DNA of 49,981 nucleotides from Deltaproteobacteria bacterium (GTDB lineage: Bacteria; Desulfobacterota; Deferrimicrobia; Deferrimicrobiales; Deferrimicrobiaceae): contig JAKALO010000003.1 in the NCBI GenBank assembly GCA_021824125.1, positions 1-49,981 of the forward strand, read 5' to 3'. The notes below the pieces were generated by a model. The model saw only the letters and a program-made list of their open reading frames with translations. It did no database searches and was not told the DNA's origin. The first letter of the stretch is position 1; every line of letters begins with the position of its first letter. Shown piece after piece: positions 20,288-31,580 of this stretch. The position numbers and the translations under genes are program-made.

Positions 20288-20728
20288 TTATTCGTTGACG
20301 GCCAGCGCCTTGGGCTGCTGGGCCTTGTGGGGATGGTCCGGGCCGGCGTAGACCTTGAGCTTAGTGAAAAGCCGGTCGCCAAGGCGCGTCTTCGGAAGCA
20401 TCCCGCGCACCGCCCATTCGACGACGCGCTCCGGGTGCTTCGAGGCGAACACCTTGTCGGGGGTGGTGGACTTCAGCCCCCCCATGTAGCCGCTGTGGTG
20501 GTAATAGGTCTTGTCGGACATCTTCTTCCCGGTCAGCTTCACCTTGTCGGCGTTGACCACGATGACGAAGTCGCCGATGTCGGCGTTGGGCGTGAACGTC
20601 GGCTTGTGTTTCCCCCGCAGCACCTCGGCCACCCTGGTGGCCAGGCGGCCCAGGACCTTGTCCCTTGCGTCAACCACGTACCAGGCCTGATCCGCATCGT
20701 CTCTCGTGAAGTACTCTGTCTTCTTCAT
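20288..20728 (-). CDS. rplM: 50S ribosomal protein L13
   Basis: [44 protein letters not shown]. Confidence 0.98.
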   Translation of the reverse strand: MKKTEYFTRDDADQAWYVVDARDKVLGRLATRVAEVLRGKHKPTFTPNADIGDFVIVVNADKVKLTGKKMSDKTYYHHSGYMGGLKSTTPDKVFASKHPERVVEWAVRGMLPKTRLGDRLFTKLKVYAGPDHPHKAQQPKALAVNE

Positions 20729-20859
20729 CCGGGCAAACCTTTCCCCTTGAAAATCAAAAGAATCATTTAATCCTACACTGGCCGGGTCGTCAAGGGAAAT
20801 TCGCCGTCAACCCCGGGGCGTGGCACCCGTCGTGTGACCGGCGAGTGTCCGTGCGCGCC

Positions 20860-21993
20860 TCAGCGGACGCGGCTGCCGCTTTTGCGCCGCGCGCTCTTCG
20901 AAGCGGCAGTCCCGGTCTCCTGCTCCTGCCAGCGTATCGCCTCCTCGTGGATGTACTCGAAGAGATGATGAACGAAATACGGATCGAGTTCATGGGTCAC
21001 GCCGTGACGTACACGGTCCTTGAGGATGGCGCGCCAGCGACGCGGCTGAAAGGTGGAAACGCCGTGTTTTCTCTTGTAGTGGCTTATCTCCCGGACGATC
21101 TCCATCCGCCTGGCCAGGCAATCCACGAGCTGCCGGTCGAGACCGTCTATCTCCTTGCGAAGACCGAAGACGCGGCTGACATATTCCGGCTCGTTCGTGA
21201 TCTCCTTCTTGGGCTTGAGGCTCGCCAACAGGCTGCGGAGCCTCGCCGGCGTGACCTGTTGATCGCAATCGCTCAACGCTTTCGCGGGATGCGGATGCAC
21301 CTCGATCATCAGCCCGTCGTAAAGATGATCCATGGCCTCCTGAGCGAGGGGCCTGATCAGTTCGATTGACCCTGCCATGTGGCTTGGATCGCACAGGAGC
21401 GGGATCTCCGGCATCCGGCGGCGCAGTTCCATGGGAATCCTCCAGATCGGCTCGTTGCGATAGACCGTCTGGCGCGCCGTCGAAAACCCGCGATGTATGC
21501 CGACGATCCTGGTGACGCCCGCCCGCCGCAGCCGCTCGATCGCGCCGATCCACAATTCGATGTCCGGGTTGATCGGATTCTTCACCATCACGGTCACGTC
21601 CACCCCGCGCAACCGGTCCGCCAGCGCCTGGACGGAGAACGGGTTGACGGTCGTGCGCGCCCCTAACCACAGCACGTCTATACCGTTTTCGAGGCAGGCG
21701 TCGACGTGCGAGGGTTGGGCGACTTCGCATGCCACCGGAACCTTCGCGGCCTTCCCGGCGGCCTTGAGCCACGGGAGGCCGAGCTCGCCGACGCCCTGGA
21801 AAGAGCCTGGACGGGTCCGCGGCTTCCAGATCCCCCCGCGCAACGCGCTGATTCCGAGTTTGCCGAGCCGGAGCGCGATCTCCATCATCTGCGCTTCGGA
21901 CTCCACGCTGCACGGTCCGGCCACGACGATTTTTCCTTTAAGGCAGGCCCCGCGGCCCTGGAGCCTGCGAAGTCCTCCGTCGATTGCGATCAC
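20860..21993 (-). CDS. Bifunctional DAHP synthase (type I-beta) / C-terminal chorismate mutase (AroQ-type)
   Basis: AGPCSVE, RGGIWKPRTRPGSFQG, WLGART, KNP, HRGFS, DPSH, GLMIEVHP..ALSD, then LRKEIDGLDRQLVDCLARRMEIV..YKR (CM_2). GTG start overlaps the truA stop. Confidence 0.9.
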   Translation of the reverse strand: MIAIDGGLRRLQGRGACLKGKIVVAGPCSVESEAQMMEIALRLGKLGISALRGGIWKPRTRPGSFQGVGELGLPWLKAAGKAAKVPVACEVAQPSHVDACLENGIDVLWLGARTTVNPFSVQALADRLRGVDVTVMVKNPINPDIELWIGAIERLRRAGVTRIVGIHRGFSTARQTVYRNEPIWRIPMELRRRMPEIPLLCDPSHMAGSIELIRPLAQEAMDHLYDGLMIEVHPHPAKALSDCDQQVTPARLRSLLASLKPKKEITNEPEYVSRVFGLRKEIDGLDRQLVDCLARRMEIVREISHYKRKHGVSTFQPRRWRAILKDRVRHGVTHELDPYFVHHLFEYIHEEAIRWQEQETGTAASKSARRKSGSRVR

Positions 21994-22745
21994 GCTGTCT
22001 CCTTTATACGGTAGGTGACTTTCCACAGGAACAGCCCCTGGGGAGGGGCGTTCGGCCCGGCCAGGGCGCGGTCCCGCAGTTCCAACAGCTCCCGCATCCG
22101 GCCAGGCGGCATCTTACCCTTCCCTATGTCGACGAGCGTCCCCACGATGTTGCGTACCATGTGCCGCAGAAAACCGTTCCCGGCTATCCGTATGAAGTGC
22201 AGGGGAGGCATCTCCCCGGAAAGCTCCGCGCGGAAGATCGTCCGCACGGTGGTCTTCGCGGTGCAGCCCTGTCCGCGGAAGGAGGCGAAGTCGTGCTCCC
22301 CCGCCGCGTGCGAGAGTCCCTCCCGCAGCGCGTCGAGGTCGAGGGGCTTCTCTATATGCCAGGCGTAGCGCGTGAAGAACGGGGAAGCGACCGGCGACAG
22401 GTGCAGGAAGTACCGGTACTCCTTTTCCCTCGCGTCCCTGCGAACGTCGAATCCCGGCGGGGCTTCCTCCGCGGACAGGATCCGGATGTCTTGAGGCAAC
22501 AGGGCGTTGCCTCCTTTCCGGATCGTCTCGAGCGGGCGTTTCCCCGAATCCGAGAAATCGACCACCTGCTCCCGCGCATGGACACCCGCGTCCGTGCGCC
22601 CGGCCGCCCCGACCCGCACCTTCTCGCACAGCAGGCGGGAAAGCGCCTCCTCCACCGCCGACTGGATAGTCGGCCCGTTCGGCTGTACCTGGAACCCCCG
22701 GTAGGCGGTCCCATCGTAGGCCAGTATCAGCCGGACCCGTCGCAT
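21990..22745 (-). CDS. truA: tRNA pseudouridine(38-40) synthase
   Basis: YDGTAYRGFQVQ, AGRTDAGVHA, GEHDFASF, GNGFLRHMVRNIVG, APPQGLFL. Confidence 0.97.
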   Translation of the reverse strand: MRRVRLILAYDGTAYRGFQVQPNGPTIQSAVEEALSRLLCEKVRVGAAGRTDAGVHAREQVVDFSDSGKRPLETIRKGGNALLPQDIRILSAEEAPPGFDVRRDAREKEYRYFLHLSPVASPFFTRYAWHIEKPLDLDALREGLSHAAGEHDFASFRGQGCTAKTTVRTIFRAELSGEMPPLHFIRIAGNGFLRHMVRNIVGTLVDIGKGKMPPGRMRELLELRDRALAGPNAPPQGLFLWKVTYRIKETA

Positions 22746-22770
22746 TCCTTCCGAAATCCCGCGTCTGCGC

Positions 22771-23793
22771 TTACAGGTGCTTCTTTGCCAGCACCTCGGC
22801 GATCTGTATGGCGTTGAGCGCCGCGCCCTTGCGCAGCTGATCGCCGCACACCCAGAAGTTCAGGCAGTTCTCGGCGCTGTCGTCCTCCCGGATGCGCCCC
22901 ACGTAGCAGTCGTCCTTCCCCGCGCAGAACAGCGGCATCGGGTAGACGTTGTTCGCCGGGTCGTCCATCACCTGGCAGCCGGGGAACTTCGCGATAAGCT
23001 CCCTGGCCTTCTCGCGGGTGATCTTCTTCGCGAACTGGGCGTTTATCGAGATCGAGTGCGCGGTGAGGACCGGCACGCGCACCGTGGTGCAGGTGACCCG
23101 CAGGTCGGGGATCCCCATGATCTTGCGCCCCTCGTTCGTCATCTTCATCTCTTCCTTCGTGTAGCCGTTCTCCAGGAAGGCGTCGATGTGCGGGATCACG
23201 TTGAAGGCGATCTGGTGCTTGAACGCCGCTATTTCCATCTTCTCACCCCTGGCGTAAGCCTTCGTCTGCGCGATGAGCTCCGCCATCGCCTTTGCCCCCG
23301 CGCCCGAGGTCGCCTGGTAGGAGGAGGCCACCACCCGCTTCAGGGTCCCGTAGTCGTGCAGGGGCTTCAGCGGCATGATGGCGACGATCGTCGTGCAGTT
23401 CGGGTTGGCGATGATCCCCCGCTTCTTGTACTGACCGATGGCGTCAGGGTTGATCTCCGGGACCACGAGGGGTATGTCCGGCTCCATCCTGAAGGCGGAG
23501 GAGTTGTCCACGACGACCGCGCCCGCTTCCCATGCGGACGGCGCGAACTCCTTGCTGCGGGAGGCGCCCGCCGAGAACAGGGCGATGTCGATCCCCTTGA
23601 ATGCGCTCTTCTGGAGCAGTTCGACCGGGAGGTCCTGTCCCTTGAACTTCAGCTTCTTGCCGACCGAGCGCTCGGACGCCAGCAGGCGGAGGCTCTTAAC
23701 GGGGAACTTACGCTGTTCCAGTATCTGCATCATCACTTCCCCTACCGCCCCGGTCGCGCCCGCAACTGCGACGTTGTAACTTTTCGAGCTCAT
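22771..23793 (-). CDS. asd: Aspartate-semialdehyde dehydrogenase
   Basis: [50 protein letters not shown]. Confidence 0.97.
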   Translation of the reverse strand: MSSKSYNVAVAGATGAVGEVMMQILEQRKFPVKSLRLLASERSVGKKLKFKGQDLPVELLQKSAFKGIDIALFSAGASRSKEFAPSAWEAGAVVVDNSSAFRMEPDIPLVVPEINPDAIGQYKKRGIIANPNCTTIVAIMPLKPLHDYGTLKRVVASSYQATSGAGAKAMAELIAQTKAYARGEKMEIAAFKHQIAFNVIPHIDAFLENGYTKEEMKMTNEGRKIMGIPDLRVTCTTVRVPVLTAHSISINAQFAKKITREKARELIAKFPGCQVMDDPANNVYPMPLFCAGKDDCYVGRIREDDSAENCLNFWVCGDQLRKGAALNAIQIAEVLAKKHL

Positions 23794-24896
23794 CGTTTCA
23801 CCTCTCCTTGTGTGTTGGTCATGATGTTTTTCCGGACCACGTCTCCCATTTCAACCGTCCCGACCCTTCGCACCCCCGAACCCGCGCGGTATATGTCCCC
23901 GGTCCTGTACCCGTCGGCAAGCGCCTTCTCCACCGCCCGCTCGATCCACCCGGCCTCGGCGTCCCTGTTGAACGAGTACCGGAGCATCATCGCAACCGAG
24001 AGGATCGTCGCAAGCGGATTCGCGACACCCTTCCCCGCGATGTCGGGCGCGCTGCCGTGGATAGGCTCGTAAAGCCCCACCCGCCCCCCGAGGGAAGCCG
24101 AGGGCAGCATCCCGATCGACCCGGTGATCATCGACGCCTCGTCCGTCAGGATGTCCCCGAACAGGTTCGTCGTGACGATGACGTCGAACTGCTTAGGGTG
24201 CCGGACCAGCTGCATCGCGCAGTTGTCCACCAGCATGTGGGAAAGATCCACGTCCGTGTACCCGCGGCCGTGGACCTCGGTTACGATTTTGCGCCAGAGT
24301 TCGGAGGACTCCAGGACGTTGGACTTGTCCACCGAGGTCACCCTCCGGCTTCTCTTCCTGGCCAGGTCGAAGGCCACCCGGGCGACCCGCTCGATCTCCG
24401 GCCGGGTGTAGACCTCGGTGTTGATCCCGGTCTCGACTCCGTTCTCCGTCCGTATCCCCCGCGGTTCGCCGAAGTATATCCCGCCGGTCAGCTCCCGGAC
24501 GACCATGAGGTCGATCCCCTCCACCAGCTCGCGGCGCAGGGGCGAGGCGTCCAGCAGGGGCGCAAAGACTTTTGCGGGGCGAAGGTTGGCGAACAGGCAC
24601 AGGTTCTTGCGCAACCCCAGGAGCGCACGCTCGGGCCTCACCTCGAAGGGCAACGGGTCCCATTTCGGCCCGCCGACCGCGCCCAGCAGGATCGCATCGG
24701 ACGCGCAGGCAAGCCCCATCGCCTTGTCCGTCATCGGGACCCCGTGGACGTCGTAGGACGCTCCGCCCAGGAGCTCCTCCTCGGTCTCGAACGACCGGGC
24801 CCCGGAGATTTCCTCGATCGCCCGCAGGACGGCCAGGGCCTCCCTCACGACCTCGGGCCCGATCCCGTCTCCGGGGAACACGCAGATCTTAGGCAT
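23790..24896 (-). CDS. leuB: 3-isopropylmalate dehydrogenase
   Basis: [62 protein letters not shown]. Confidence 0.97.
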   Translation of the reverse strand: MPKICVFPGDGIGPEVVREALAVLRAIEEISGARSFETEEELLGGASYDVHGVPMTDKAMGLACASDAILLGAVGGPKWDPLPFEVRPERALLGLRKNLCLFANLRPAKVFAPLLDASPLRRELVEGIDLMVVRELTGGIYFGEPRGIRTENGVETGINTEVYTRPEIERVARVAFDLARKRSRRVTSVDKSNVLESSELWRKIVTEVHGRGYTDVDLSHMLVDNCAMQLVRHPKQFDVIVTTNLFGDILTDEASMITGSIGMLPSASLGGRVGLYEPIHGSAPDIAGKGVANPLATILSVAMMLRYSFNRDAEAGWIERAVEKALADGYRTGDIYRAGSGVRRVGTVEMGDVVRKNIMTNTQGEVKR

Positions 24897-24901
24897 CGCG
24901 G

Positions 24902-25399
24902 CTACTTGCCTTTCCGGCGCCCGGCCATGTAGTTTAACAGCCCGCCCGCCGCGACAAGCTCCCGCATGAAAGGCGGAACGGTGGCGATCCCGTATTCCCT
25001 CTTTTTCGTCTCGTTGCGCAAGATCCCGTTCTCCATGTCCACCGCAAGGACGTCCCCGGAATCGATCCCGTCGACCGCCTGGGGGGCCTCGATGATGGGA
25101 AGCCCCATGTTGAACGCGTTCCGGTAGAAGATCCGCGCGAAGGACCCGGCGATGACCGCCCGCGCCCCCGACGCCTTGATCGCGATGGGAGCGTGCTCAC
25201 GGGACGAGCCGCAGCCGAAGTTCTTACCCGCGACGATGAAGTCGCCTGCGGACACTCCCGAGGCGTAGTTCCCGTCGATGTCCTCCATGCAGTGCTTCGC
25301 AAGCTCCGCCGGGTCGCTCGTGTTGAGGTACCGCGCCGGGATGATGACATCCGTATCGACGTCATCCCCGTATTTCCACGCCCGCCCGTTCAGTATCAT
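24902..25399 (-). CDS. leuD: 3-isopropylmalate dehydratase small subunit (type 2)
   Basis: [35 protein letters not shown]; SD GAGG before ATG 25399. Confidence 0.95.
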   Translation of the reverse strand: MILNGRAWKYGDDVDTDVIIPARYLNTSDPAELAKHCMEDIDGNYASGVSAGDFIVAGKNFGCGSSREHAPIAIKASGARAVIAGSFARIFYRNAFNMGLPIIEAPQAVDGIDSGDVLAVDMENGILRNETKKREYGIATVPPFMRELVAAGGLLNYMAGRRKGK

Positions 25400-25432
25400 G
25401 TCGATTTCCTCATCCGTGTTTTCAGTGCTGCG

Positions 25433-25497
25433 GGCGTGTCCGCCGTAGCCCCGAAGCGTCGGTTTTTCCCGGCGCAAGGGGCGAAGGGGGACAGGCC
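25433..25497. repeat. REP-like long imperfect palindrome between leuC and leuD
   Basis: Outer 20-bp arms with 4 mismatches (GGCGTGTCCGCCGTAGCCCC / GGGGCGAAGGGGGACAGGCC) plus an inner GCG-CGG / CCG-CGC stem. Confidence 0.55.
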
Positions 25498-25511
25498 TGA
25501 CAACATTTCGT

Positions 25512-26777
25512 CTAAAGCCCCAGTTCGTCCGGGCCGCCTATGCGGCCCAGCACCGCGGATGCCGCCGCGATGGCGGGGTTGGCGAGGTAGACCTCGCTCT
25601 CCGGGTGACCCATCCGCCCCACGAAGTTGCGGTTCGTCGTGGCGATCGCCCGCTCTCCCTTGGCGAGAACCCCCATGTGTCCGCCCAGGCACGGCCCGCA
25701 GGTCGGGGTGGAAAATGCGGCCCCCGCTACCACGAACGTCTCCATCAGCCCCTCCCGCATCGCCTGCAGGTAGATCTCCTGTGTGGCGGGAAAGATGAGC
25801 ATCCGGACGCCGTCGTGCACCTTGCGTCCACGGATCACGGCGGCCGCGCTGCGAAGGTCCTCGATCCGCCCGTTGGTGCAGGACCCGACGACCACCTGGT
25901 CTATCGGTACGTTTCCCACCCGGGACAGCGGCCTCGTGTTCGACGGGAGGTGGGGGAACGCCACCTGCGGCTCGAGCGAGGAGAGGTCCACGCTCATCTC
26001 CGCGGCGTACCCGGCGTCCTTGTCGGCGGCGACAACCTCGTATTTCCGCTTCGCGCGCGCGTCCGCGTAAGCCCTCGTGATCCCGTCGAAGGGGAAGATG
26101 CCGTTCTTGGCGCCCGCCTCGATCGCCATGTTGGACATCGTGAAGCGCCACGCCATCGGGAGGGAGGAAAGCCCGTCCCCCGCGTACTCCATCGCCTGGT
26201 AGAGCGCCCCGTCCACCCCGATCTTCCCGATGATGTGGAGGATGACGTCCTTCCCTTCCACCCATTTCCCGGGCTTCCCGGTCAGAACGATGCGGAGGGA
26301 GGAGGGCACTTTCAGCCACACCTCCCCGGAGATCATCGCCGCGGCCAGGTCGGTGCTGCCGACGCCGGTGGAAAAGGCGCACAGCGCGCCGTAGGTGCAG
26401 GTGTGGCTGTCGGCGCCGATCACGAGGTCCCCGGGGACCACGAGCCCTTCGTCCGGCAGGAGAACGTGCTCGATCCCCATCCGGCCGACCTCGAAGTAGT
26501 TCACGATGCCGTACTCGCGGGCGAACTCCCGCATCTTCTTCATCTGCTCAGCGGACTTGATGTCCTTGTTGGGGGCGAAATGGTCCGGGACAAGGGCGAT
26601 CTTCTCCCGGTCGAACACCGCCTTGACCCCCATCCTCCGGACCGCGTCTATGGCGATCGGGCTCGTCACGTCGTTGCCAAGGGCGAGATCCACCTTCGCG
26701 AGGATCAGCTCCCCGGGCTCGACACGGTCCTTCCCGGCGTGCCTAGCGAGGATTTTCTCTGTAAGTGTCATGCCCAT
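25512..26777 (-). CDS. leuC: 3-isopropylmalate dehydratase large subunit (type 2)
   Basis: [43 protein letters not shown]. Confidence 0.96.
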   Translation of the reverse strand: MGMTLTEKILARHAGKDRVEPGELILAKVDLALGNDVTSPIAIDAVRRMGVKAVFDREKIALVPDHFAPNKDIKSAEQMKKMREFAREYGIVNYFEVGRMGIEHVLLPDEGLVVPGDLVIGADSHTCTYGALCAFSTGVGSTDLAAAMISGEVWLKVPSSLRIVLTGKPGKWVEGKDVILHIIGKIGVDGALYQAMEYAGDGLSSLPMAWRFTMSNMAIEAGAKNGIFPFDGITRAYADARAKRKYEVVAADKDAGYAAEMSVDLSSLEPQVAFPHLPSNTRPLSRVGNVPIDQVVVGSCTNGRIEDLRSAAAVIRGRKVHDGVRMLIFPATQEIYLQAMREGLMETFVVAGAAFSTPTCGPCLGGHMGVLAKGERAIATTNRNFVGRMGHPESEVYLANPAIAAASAVLGRIGGPDELGL

Positions 26778-27540
26778 CCGGGTGTTTCTCGCTTTCCGTG
26801 ATTTTCCCCCGCCGGCGCCGCGCGAAGCCGACCAGTTCCCCGACCGGCCCCGAGACGACGTAGGCCGATGAGAACACGAAGATCATGACCTGCGGCTCCG
26901 CGGCGAGCAGGAGCGACAGGAAGATGAACACCACCAGCGTGTTGAACGGGCGCTTCCGGAACGCCTCCAGGTCCTTGAAGCTGTTGTAACGGACCGTGCT
27001 TACCATCAGGAACGCGAGGACGTATATGGCCAGGAGCAGCGCCAGGTGCCGGAAGCTGCCCGAGCCCCCGAGGTAGTAGAAGAGCAGGATGATCGACGCG
27101 ACGAAGGTCGCGGCCGCGGGAATCGGAAGCCCGTTGAACTTCCCCTTTTCGACGGTGTTCACCTGCACGTTGAAGCGGGCCAGGCGCAGCGCCCCGCATA
27201 TCAGGTAGAGGAAGGCCGCGAGCCAGCCCCACCGCCCGAACTGCGAGAGCGCCCAGCCGTAGACCAGGAAGGCCGGCGCGACGCCGAACGAGACCAGGTC
27301 GGCCAGCGAGTCGTACTCCACCCCGAACTGGGTGGTGGTCTTCGTCATGCGCGCCACGCGGCCGTCCAGCCCGTCGAGAACGACCCCCACGATGATCGCA
27401 ATCGCCGCCTTCTCGAACTGGCCGTTGTAGGTGGCCGCGATCGAATAGAAGCCGGCGAACAGCGAGCCCGAGGTGATCAGGTTGGGGAGAATGTAGATCC
27501 CCCGGCTGATCCCGTCCCTCCTTCGTTCCCTTTTCTTCAC
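26743..27540 (-). CDS. pssA: CDP-diacylglycerol--serine O-phosphatidyltransferase
   Basis: [49 protein letters not shown]; adjacent to psd. Confidence 0.94.
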   Translation of the reverse strand: MKKRERRRDGISRGIYILPNLITSGSLFAGFYSIAATYNGQFEKAAIAIIVGVVLDGLDGRVARMTKTTTQFGVEYDSLADLVSFGVAPAFLVYGWALSQFGRWGWLAAFLYLICGALRLARFNVQVNTVEKGKFNGLPIPAAATFVASIILLFYYLGGSGSFRHLALLLAIYVLAFLMVSTVRYNSFKDLEAFRKRPFNTLVVFIFLSLLLAAEPQVMIFVFSSAYVVSGPVGELVGFARRRRGKITESEKHPDGHDTYRENPR

Positions 27541-28169
27541 TTGAGCACCCCCACGACGCTCTCGCCGGCCCGCACCCGGTCTCCCATCCGGACCCTGAGC
27601 GCGGCGGACTGCGGCAGGAAGATATCCACCCGCGATCCGAACCGGATCATTCCCACACGCTGACCCTGTTTCACCATGTCGCCCTCCGAAAGGCGGCACA
27701 CGATCCGCCGGGCGATCAGCCCCGCGATCTGTACATACGAAACCGTTTGCCCCCCCGGGGTTTCAAGGGACACGCCGTTTTGCTCGTTTTCGAGCGACGC
27801 CTTGTCGACGCTCGCCACGAAAAACTTCCCCGGGTTGTATCGCACTGCGGTCACTTTGCCCGAGACCGGCGCCCGGTTGACGTGGACGTCGAAGACGGAC
27901 ATGAAGACGCTCACCTTCTTTCCGGGCTCCGCGTTGTATCTCCCCGGCGGGCATTCGCCGCAAAAAACGACCCTGCCGTCCGCGGGCGAGATCACGGCGC
28001 CGGGCTCGCCCGGTGTGACCCGCTCGGGGTCGCGGAAAAACCACGCCACGAAGGCGGTCAGGAGGAGCCCCGTGACCGCGAGCGGCACGCTCTTCGGCCA
28101 GACGAAATAGACGGCCACGGTCGCCGCCGCGGTCGCGAGAACGAATGGGACGCCTTCCAGGGCGATCAC
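27537..28169 (-). CDS. psd: Phosphatidylserine decarboxylase proenzyme (short PSD-A type)
   Basis: FFRDPER, SPADG, FMSVFDVHVNRAP, QIAGLIARRI, self-cleavage motif FGSRVD. Confidence 0.94.
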   Translation of the reverse strand: MIALEGVPFVLATAAATVAVYFVWPKSVPLAVTGLLLTAFVAWFFRDPERVTPGEPGAVISPADGRVVFCGECPPGRYNAEPGKKVSVFMSVFDVHVNRAPVSGKVTAVRYNPGKFFVASVDKASLENEQNGVSLETPGGQTVSYVQIAGLIARRIVCRLSEGDMVKQGQRVGMIRFGSRVDIFLPQSAALRVRMGDRVRAGESVVGVLK

Positions 28170-28181
28170 GCGGCCGCCGCC

Positions 28182-29201
28182 TCAATTCTTCGTCTTGTCC
28201 ACCAGCCTTCCCTTGGCGATCCACGGCATCATGGCGCGGAGCCTTCGCCCCACCTCCTCTATCGGGTGCTCCTCGCCGCGCCGCGTGAGCGCGTTGAAGA
28301 CTGGCCGGTTGGCCTGGTTCTCCAACATCCACTCCCTGGCGAACGACCCGTTCTGTATTTCCTCGAGCATCCGCTTCATCTCCCTGCGGGTCTCGTCCGT
28401 GATGATCCGCGGGCCGCGGGTCAGGTCGCCGTACTGCGCCGTGTTGCTGATGGAGTAACGCATCGTGGAGATCCCGCCCTCGTAGACGAGGTCTACGATG
28501 AGCTTTAGCTCGTGGAGGCACTCGAAGTACGCCATCTCGGGTGCGTAGCCCGCCTCGACCAGCGTCTCGTACCCGGCCAGGATCATCGCCGTGACCCCGC
28601 CGCAAAGGACGGCCTGCTCCCCGAAGAGGTCGGTCTCGGTCTCCTCGCGGAAGGACGTCTCGATGACCCCCGCGCGGGCGGCCCCGATCGCCGCCGCGTA
28701 GGCCAGCGCGACCTCCTTGCTCTTTTTCGAGGGGTCCTGGTGGACGGCGATGAGGGCCGGCACCCCTTCCCCCCTCAGGTACTGCGCCCGCACAAGGTGC
28801 CCGGGGCCCTTCGGGGCCACCATGAAGACGTTGATGTCGGGCCTGGGAACGATCTGGCCGAAGTGGATGTTGAACCCGTGGGCGAACATGAGGAACGCGC
28901 CCTTCTTGAGGTTCGGCGCGACCGACTCCCGGTAGATCCGCCCCTGCAGCTCGTCGGGGAGGAGCATCGACACCACGTCCGCCTTCCCGACCGCGGTCGA
29001 CGCGTCGTGGACCTCGAACCCCGCGTCCTCCGCCTTCTTCGCGGCGGCGCCGCCGGGCAGCTCCCCGACGATCACGCTCATCCCGCTCTCCTTCAGGTTG
29101 TTCGCGTGCGCGTGCCCCTGGCTGCCGTATCCCAGGATCGCGATCGTCTTTCTCTTGAGGGACGCCGGCTTCGCGTCCTTCTCACGGTAGATCTTGACCA
29201 T
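28182..29201 (-). CDS. ilvC: Ketol-acid reductoisomerase
   Basis: [54 protein letters not shown]. Confidence 0.97.
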   Translation of the reverse strand: MVKIYREKDAKPASLKRKTIAILGYGSQGHAHANNLKESGMSVIVGELPGGAAAKKAEDAGFEVHDASTAVGKADVVSMLLPDELQGRIYRESVAPNLKKGAFLMFAHGFNIHFGQIVPRPDINVFMVAPKGPGHLVRAQYLRGEGVPALIAVHQDPSKKSKEVALAYAAAIGAARAGVIETSFREETETDLFGEQAVLCGGVTAMILAGYETLVEAGYAPEMAYFECLHELKLIVDLVYEGGISTMRYSISNTAQYGDLTRGPRIITDETRREMKRMLEEIQNGSFAREWMLENQANRPVFNALTRRGEEHPIEEVGRRLRAMMPWIAKGRLVDKTKN

Positions 29202-29202
29202 G

Positions 29203-29724
29203 TCATCCCCTCCCTTGATGCGGCATCTTGTCCGCTTGTGCCACGACATTCCCCCCGCGCGCGATTGACACCAGGCCCGTCCGCACCACCTCCCGGATCC
29301 CGATCGGCCGGAGCAGCTGGAGGAAGGCGTTGACCTTCGCCTCGTCCCCCGTCATCTCTATGGTGTAGCAGCGGGGCGCCACGTCGACGATCTTCGCGCG
29401 GAAGATGTCGACGAGCCGAAGCACCTCCGGCTTGGTCTCGGGCTCCGCGTTTACCTTGACCAGCACCAGCTCCCGGTCGACGGTTTCGACCCCCGTCAGG
29501 TCCACGACCTTGATGACCGAGATGAGCTTGTTCAGCTGCTTGAGGATCTGCTCGATGATCTGGTCGTTGCCGCTGGTCACGATCGTCATCCGGGAGACGG
29601 ACGGATCCAGCGTCTCGGCCACCGAGAGGGACTCGATGTTGAACCCCCGGCCGGAAAACAGGCCCGAGACCCGGCTCAACACCCCGAACTCGTTCTCCAC
29701 CAGGACGGATATCGTGTGGCGCAT
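29203..29724 (-). CDS. ilvN: Acetolactate synthase small (regulatory) subunit
   Basis: [28 protein letters not shown] domain; [14 protein letters not shown]. Confidence 0.96.
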   Translation of the reverse strand: MRHTISVLVENEFGVLSRVSGLFSGRGFNIESLSVAETLDPSVSRMTIVTSGNDQIIEQILKQLNKLISVIKVVDLTGVETVDRELVLVKVNAEPETKPEVLRLVDIFRAKIVDVAPRCYTIEMTGDEAKVNAFLQLLRPIGIREVVRTGLVSIARGGNVVAQADKMPHQGRG

Positions 29725-29755
29725 CGCGCGTTCTCCTTGCGGCCGGCTGAAAAAC

Positions 29756-31453
29756 TCAGACGAGCAGCATCTTCGTCAAAGGCGCCCCGGCCGGCACCAT
29801 CGGGTACACCATCTCGTTCGGGTCCGTCAGGATGTCGATGAACGCCGGCCCATCGACCGCGAACCCCTTTTTAAGCACCCCCTTCACCTCTTCCGTGCGG
29901 GTAGCGCGGAACCCGGCGGCGCCGTAAGCCTCCGCCAGCTTTACGAAGTCCGGGATCCGGGGCAGGCAGGTCTGGGAGTACTTCCCCTGGTAGAAGAGCT
30001 CCTGCCACTGGCGGACCATCCCCAGCGCCCCGTTGTTGAGGATCACCACCTTGACCGGGAGGCGGTACTGTACGGCCGTAGCCAGTTCCTGGATGTTCAT
30101 CTGGATGCTCCCGTCTCCGGCCACGTCGACCACGAGTTTGCCCGGCATGGCCACCTGGGCGCCGATCGCCGCGGGGAAACCGTACCCCATCGTCCCCAGC
30201 CCCCCGGAGGAGAGGAAAGTGCGCGGGCTGTCGTACTTGTAGAACTGGGCGGCCCACATCTGGTTCTGCCCGACCTCCGTCGTTATGATCGCCTGACCCT
30301 TGGTCAGGGCGTAGATCTGCTCCACCACGTACTGCGGCTTGATTTTCCCCTTGGGCTCATGCTTGTAGGAGAGAGGGTGTGTCCTGGCCCACTTCCGGAC
30401 CTGCTCGCGCCACGGGGTGATCTTCTCCCGGAACGAAGCCGCCTCCTTCGTCCCCTTGGTGAGCTTGATCATCTTCTTGAGCACGTCCTTGAGGTCTCCC
30501 ACGATCGGGATGTGGACCGGCACGTTCTTCTGGATCGAGGTGGGATCTATGTCCACGTGGACGATCTTGGCGTGGGGCGCGAACTCGTCGATCTTGCCCG
30601 TCACCCGGTCGTCGAACCGCGCCCCGAGGGCGAGGATCAGGTCGCAGTGGGAGATCGCCATGTTCGCGCAGTAGGTGCCGTGCATGCCGAGCATCCCCAT
30701 GTACAGCGGGTCGGTGCCCGGGAAAGCCCCCATCCCCATCAGCGTCGTCGTGACCGGGATGCCGAGAATGCCGGCGAACTCGGCCAGCTCCGACGAGGCC
30801 CCGGAAAGGATGGCGCCTCCTCCGGTGTAGATAACCGGGCGCTCCTTCTCCTTGAGAAGGCGGATGGCGCTTTCCACCTGCTTCGGGTGCCCCTCGTAGG
30901 TGGGGTGGTAGCCACGGACGTGTGCCTCCTTCGGGAGAACGTACTCCTCGGCGGAGGCCAGGACGTCCTTGGGGATGTCGACGAGCACCGGCCCCGGCCT
31001 GCCCGTCGAGGCGAGGAAAAAGGCCTCCTTGATGATCCGTGCCAGGTCCTTCGTATCCTTCACCAGGTAGTTGTGCTTGGTGCACGGCCGCGTTATCCCG
31101 ACGATGTCCGCCTCCTGGAAGGCGTCGTTCCCGATCATCAGGGTCGGAACCTGTCCGGAAAAAACGACTATGGGGATGGAGTCCATGTAGGCGGTTGCGA
31201 TCCCGGTGACCGTGTTCGTCGCGCCGGGGCCGGAAGTCACCAGGCAGACTCCGGTTTTTCCCGACGCGCGGGCGTAGCCGTCCGCCATGTGGACGGCCCC
31301 CTGTTCGTGGCGGGTCAGGATATGGCGCAGCTTCGTGCTCTTGAACAGCTCGTCGTAAATGTTCAGGACGGCGCCCCCGGGGTAACCGAACACAACGTCC
31401 ACCCCGAGGTCGGTCAACGCCCTGACCAAGATTTCCGCTCCTGTCATCTTCAC
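29756..31453 (-). CDS. ilvB: Acetolactate synthase large subunit
   Basis: [45 protein letters not shown] motif GDGSIQMN...NN. Confidence 0.97.
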   Translation of the reverse strand: MKMTGAEILVRALTDLGVDVVFGYPGGAVLNIYDELFKSTKLRHILTRHEQGAVHMADGYARASGKTGVCLVTSGPGATNTVTGIATAYMDSIPIVVFSGQVPTLMIGNDAFQEADIVGITRPCTKHNYLVKDTKDLARIIKEAFFLASTGRPGPVLVDIPKDVLASAEEYVLPKEAHVRGYHPTYEGHPKQVESAIRLLKEKERPVIYTGGGAILSGASSELAEFAGILGIPVTTTLMGMGAFPGTDPLYMGMLGMHGTYCANMAISHCDLILALGARFDDRVTGKIDEFAPHAKIVHVDIDPTSIQKNVPVHIPIVGDLKDVLKKMIKLTKGTKEAASFREKITPWREQVRKWARTHPLSYKHEPKGKIKPQYVVEQIYALTKGQAIITTEVGQNQMWAAQFYKYDSPRTFLSSGGLGTMGYGFPAAIGAQVAMPGKLVVDVAGDGSIQMNIQELATAVQYRLPVKVVILNNGALGMVRQWQELFYQGKYSQTCLPRIPDFVKLAEAYGAAGFRATRTEEVKGVLKKGFAVDGPAFIDILTDPNEMVYPMVPAGAPLTKMLLV

Positions 31454-31475
31454 GGCTTCCCCCTTGTAACTAAAA

Positions 31476-31572
31476 AAACCGGGACGGTCCTGGCGTCCCC
31501 TGTTCCTTCATCATCCTCGGTCGTGTGACTGCGATCCCTTTATTGTTCTGCCAAGCCCTCCTACAGGACCGT
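31476..31572. repeat. 95-bp inverted-repeat element, copy 1 (right arm truncated to CAGGACCGT)
   Basis: 31476-31572 is identical over 97 bp to 31576-31672 (period 100 bp). Confidence 0.9.
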
Positions 31573-31580
31573 TACAAACC

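Noticed and set aside
20760-20793. rplM promoter (TTGACG at 20788-20793, minus strand)
   Set aside because: Plausible by position, but no convincing -10 at 16-18 nt spacing, so it is not called
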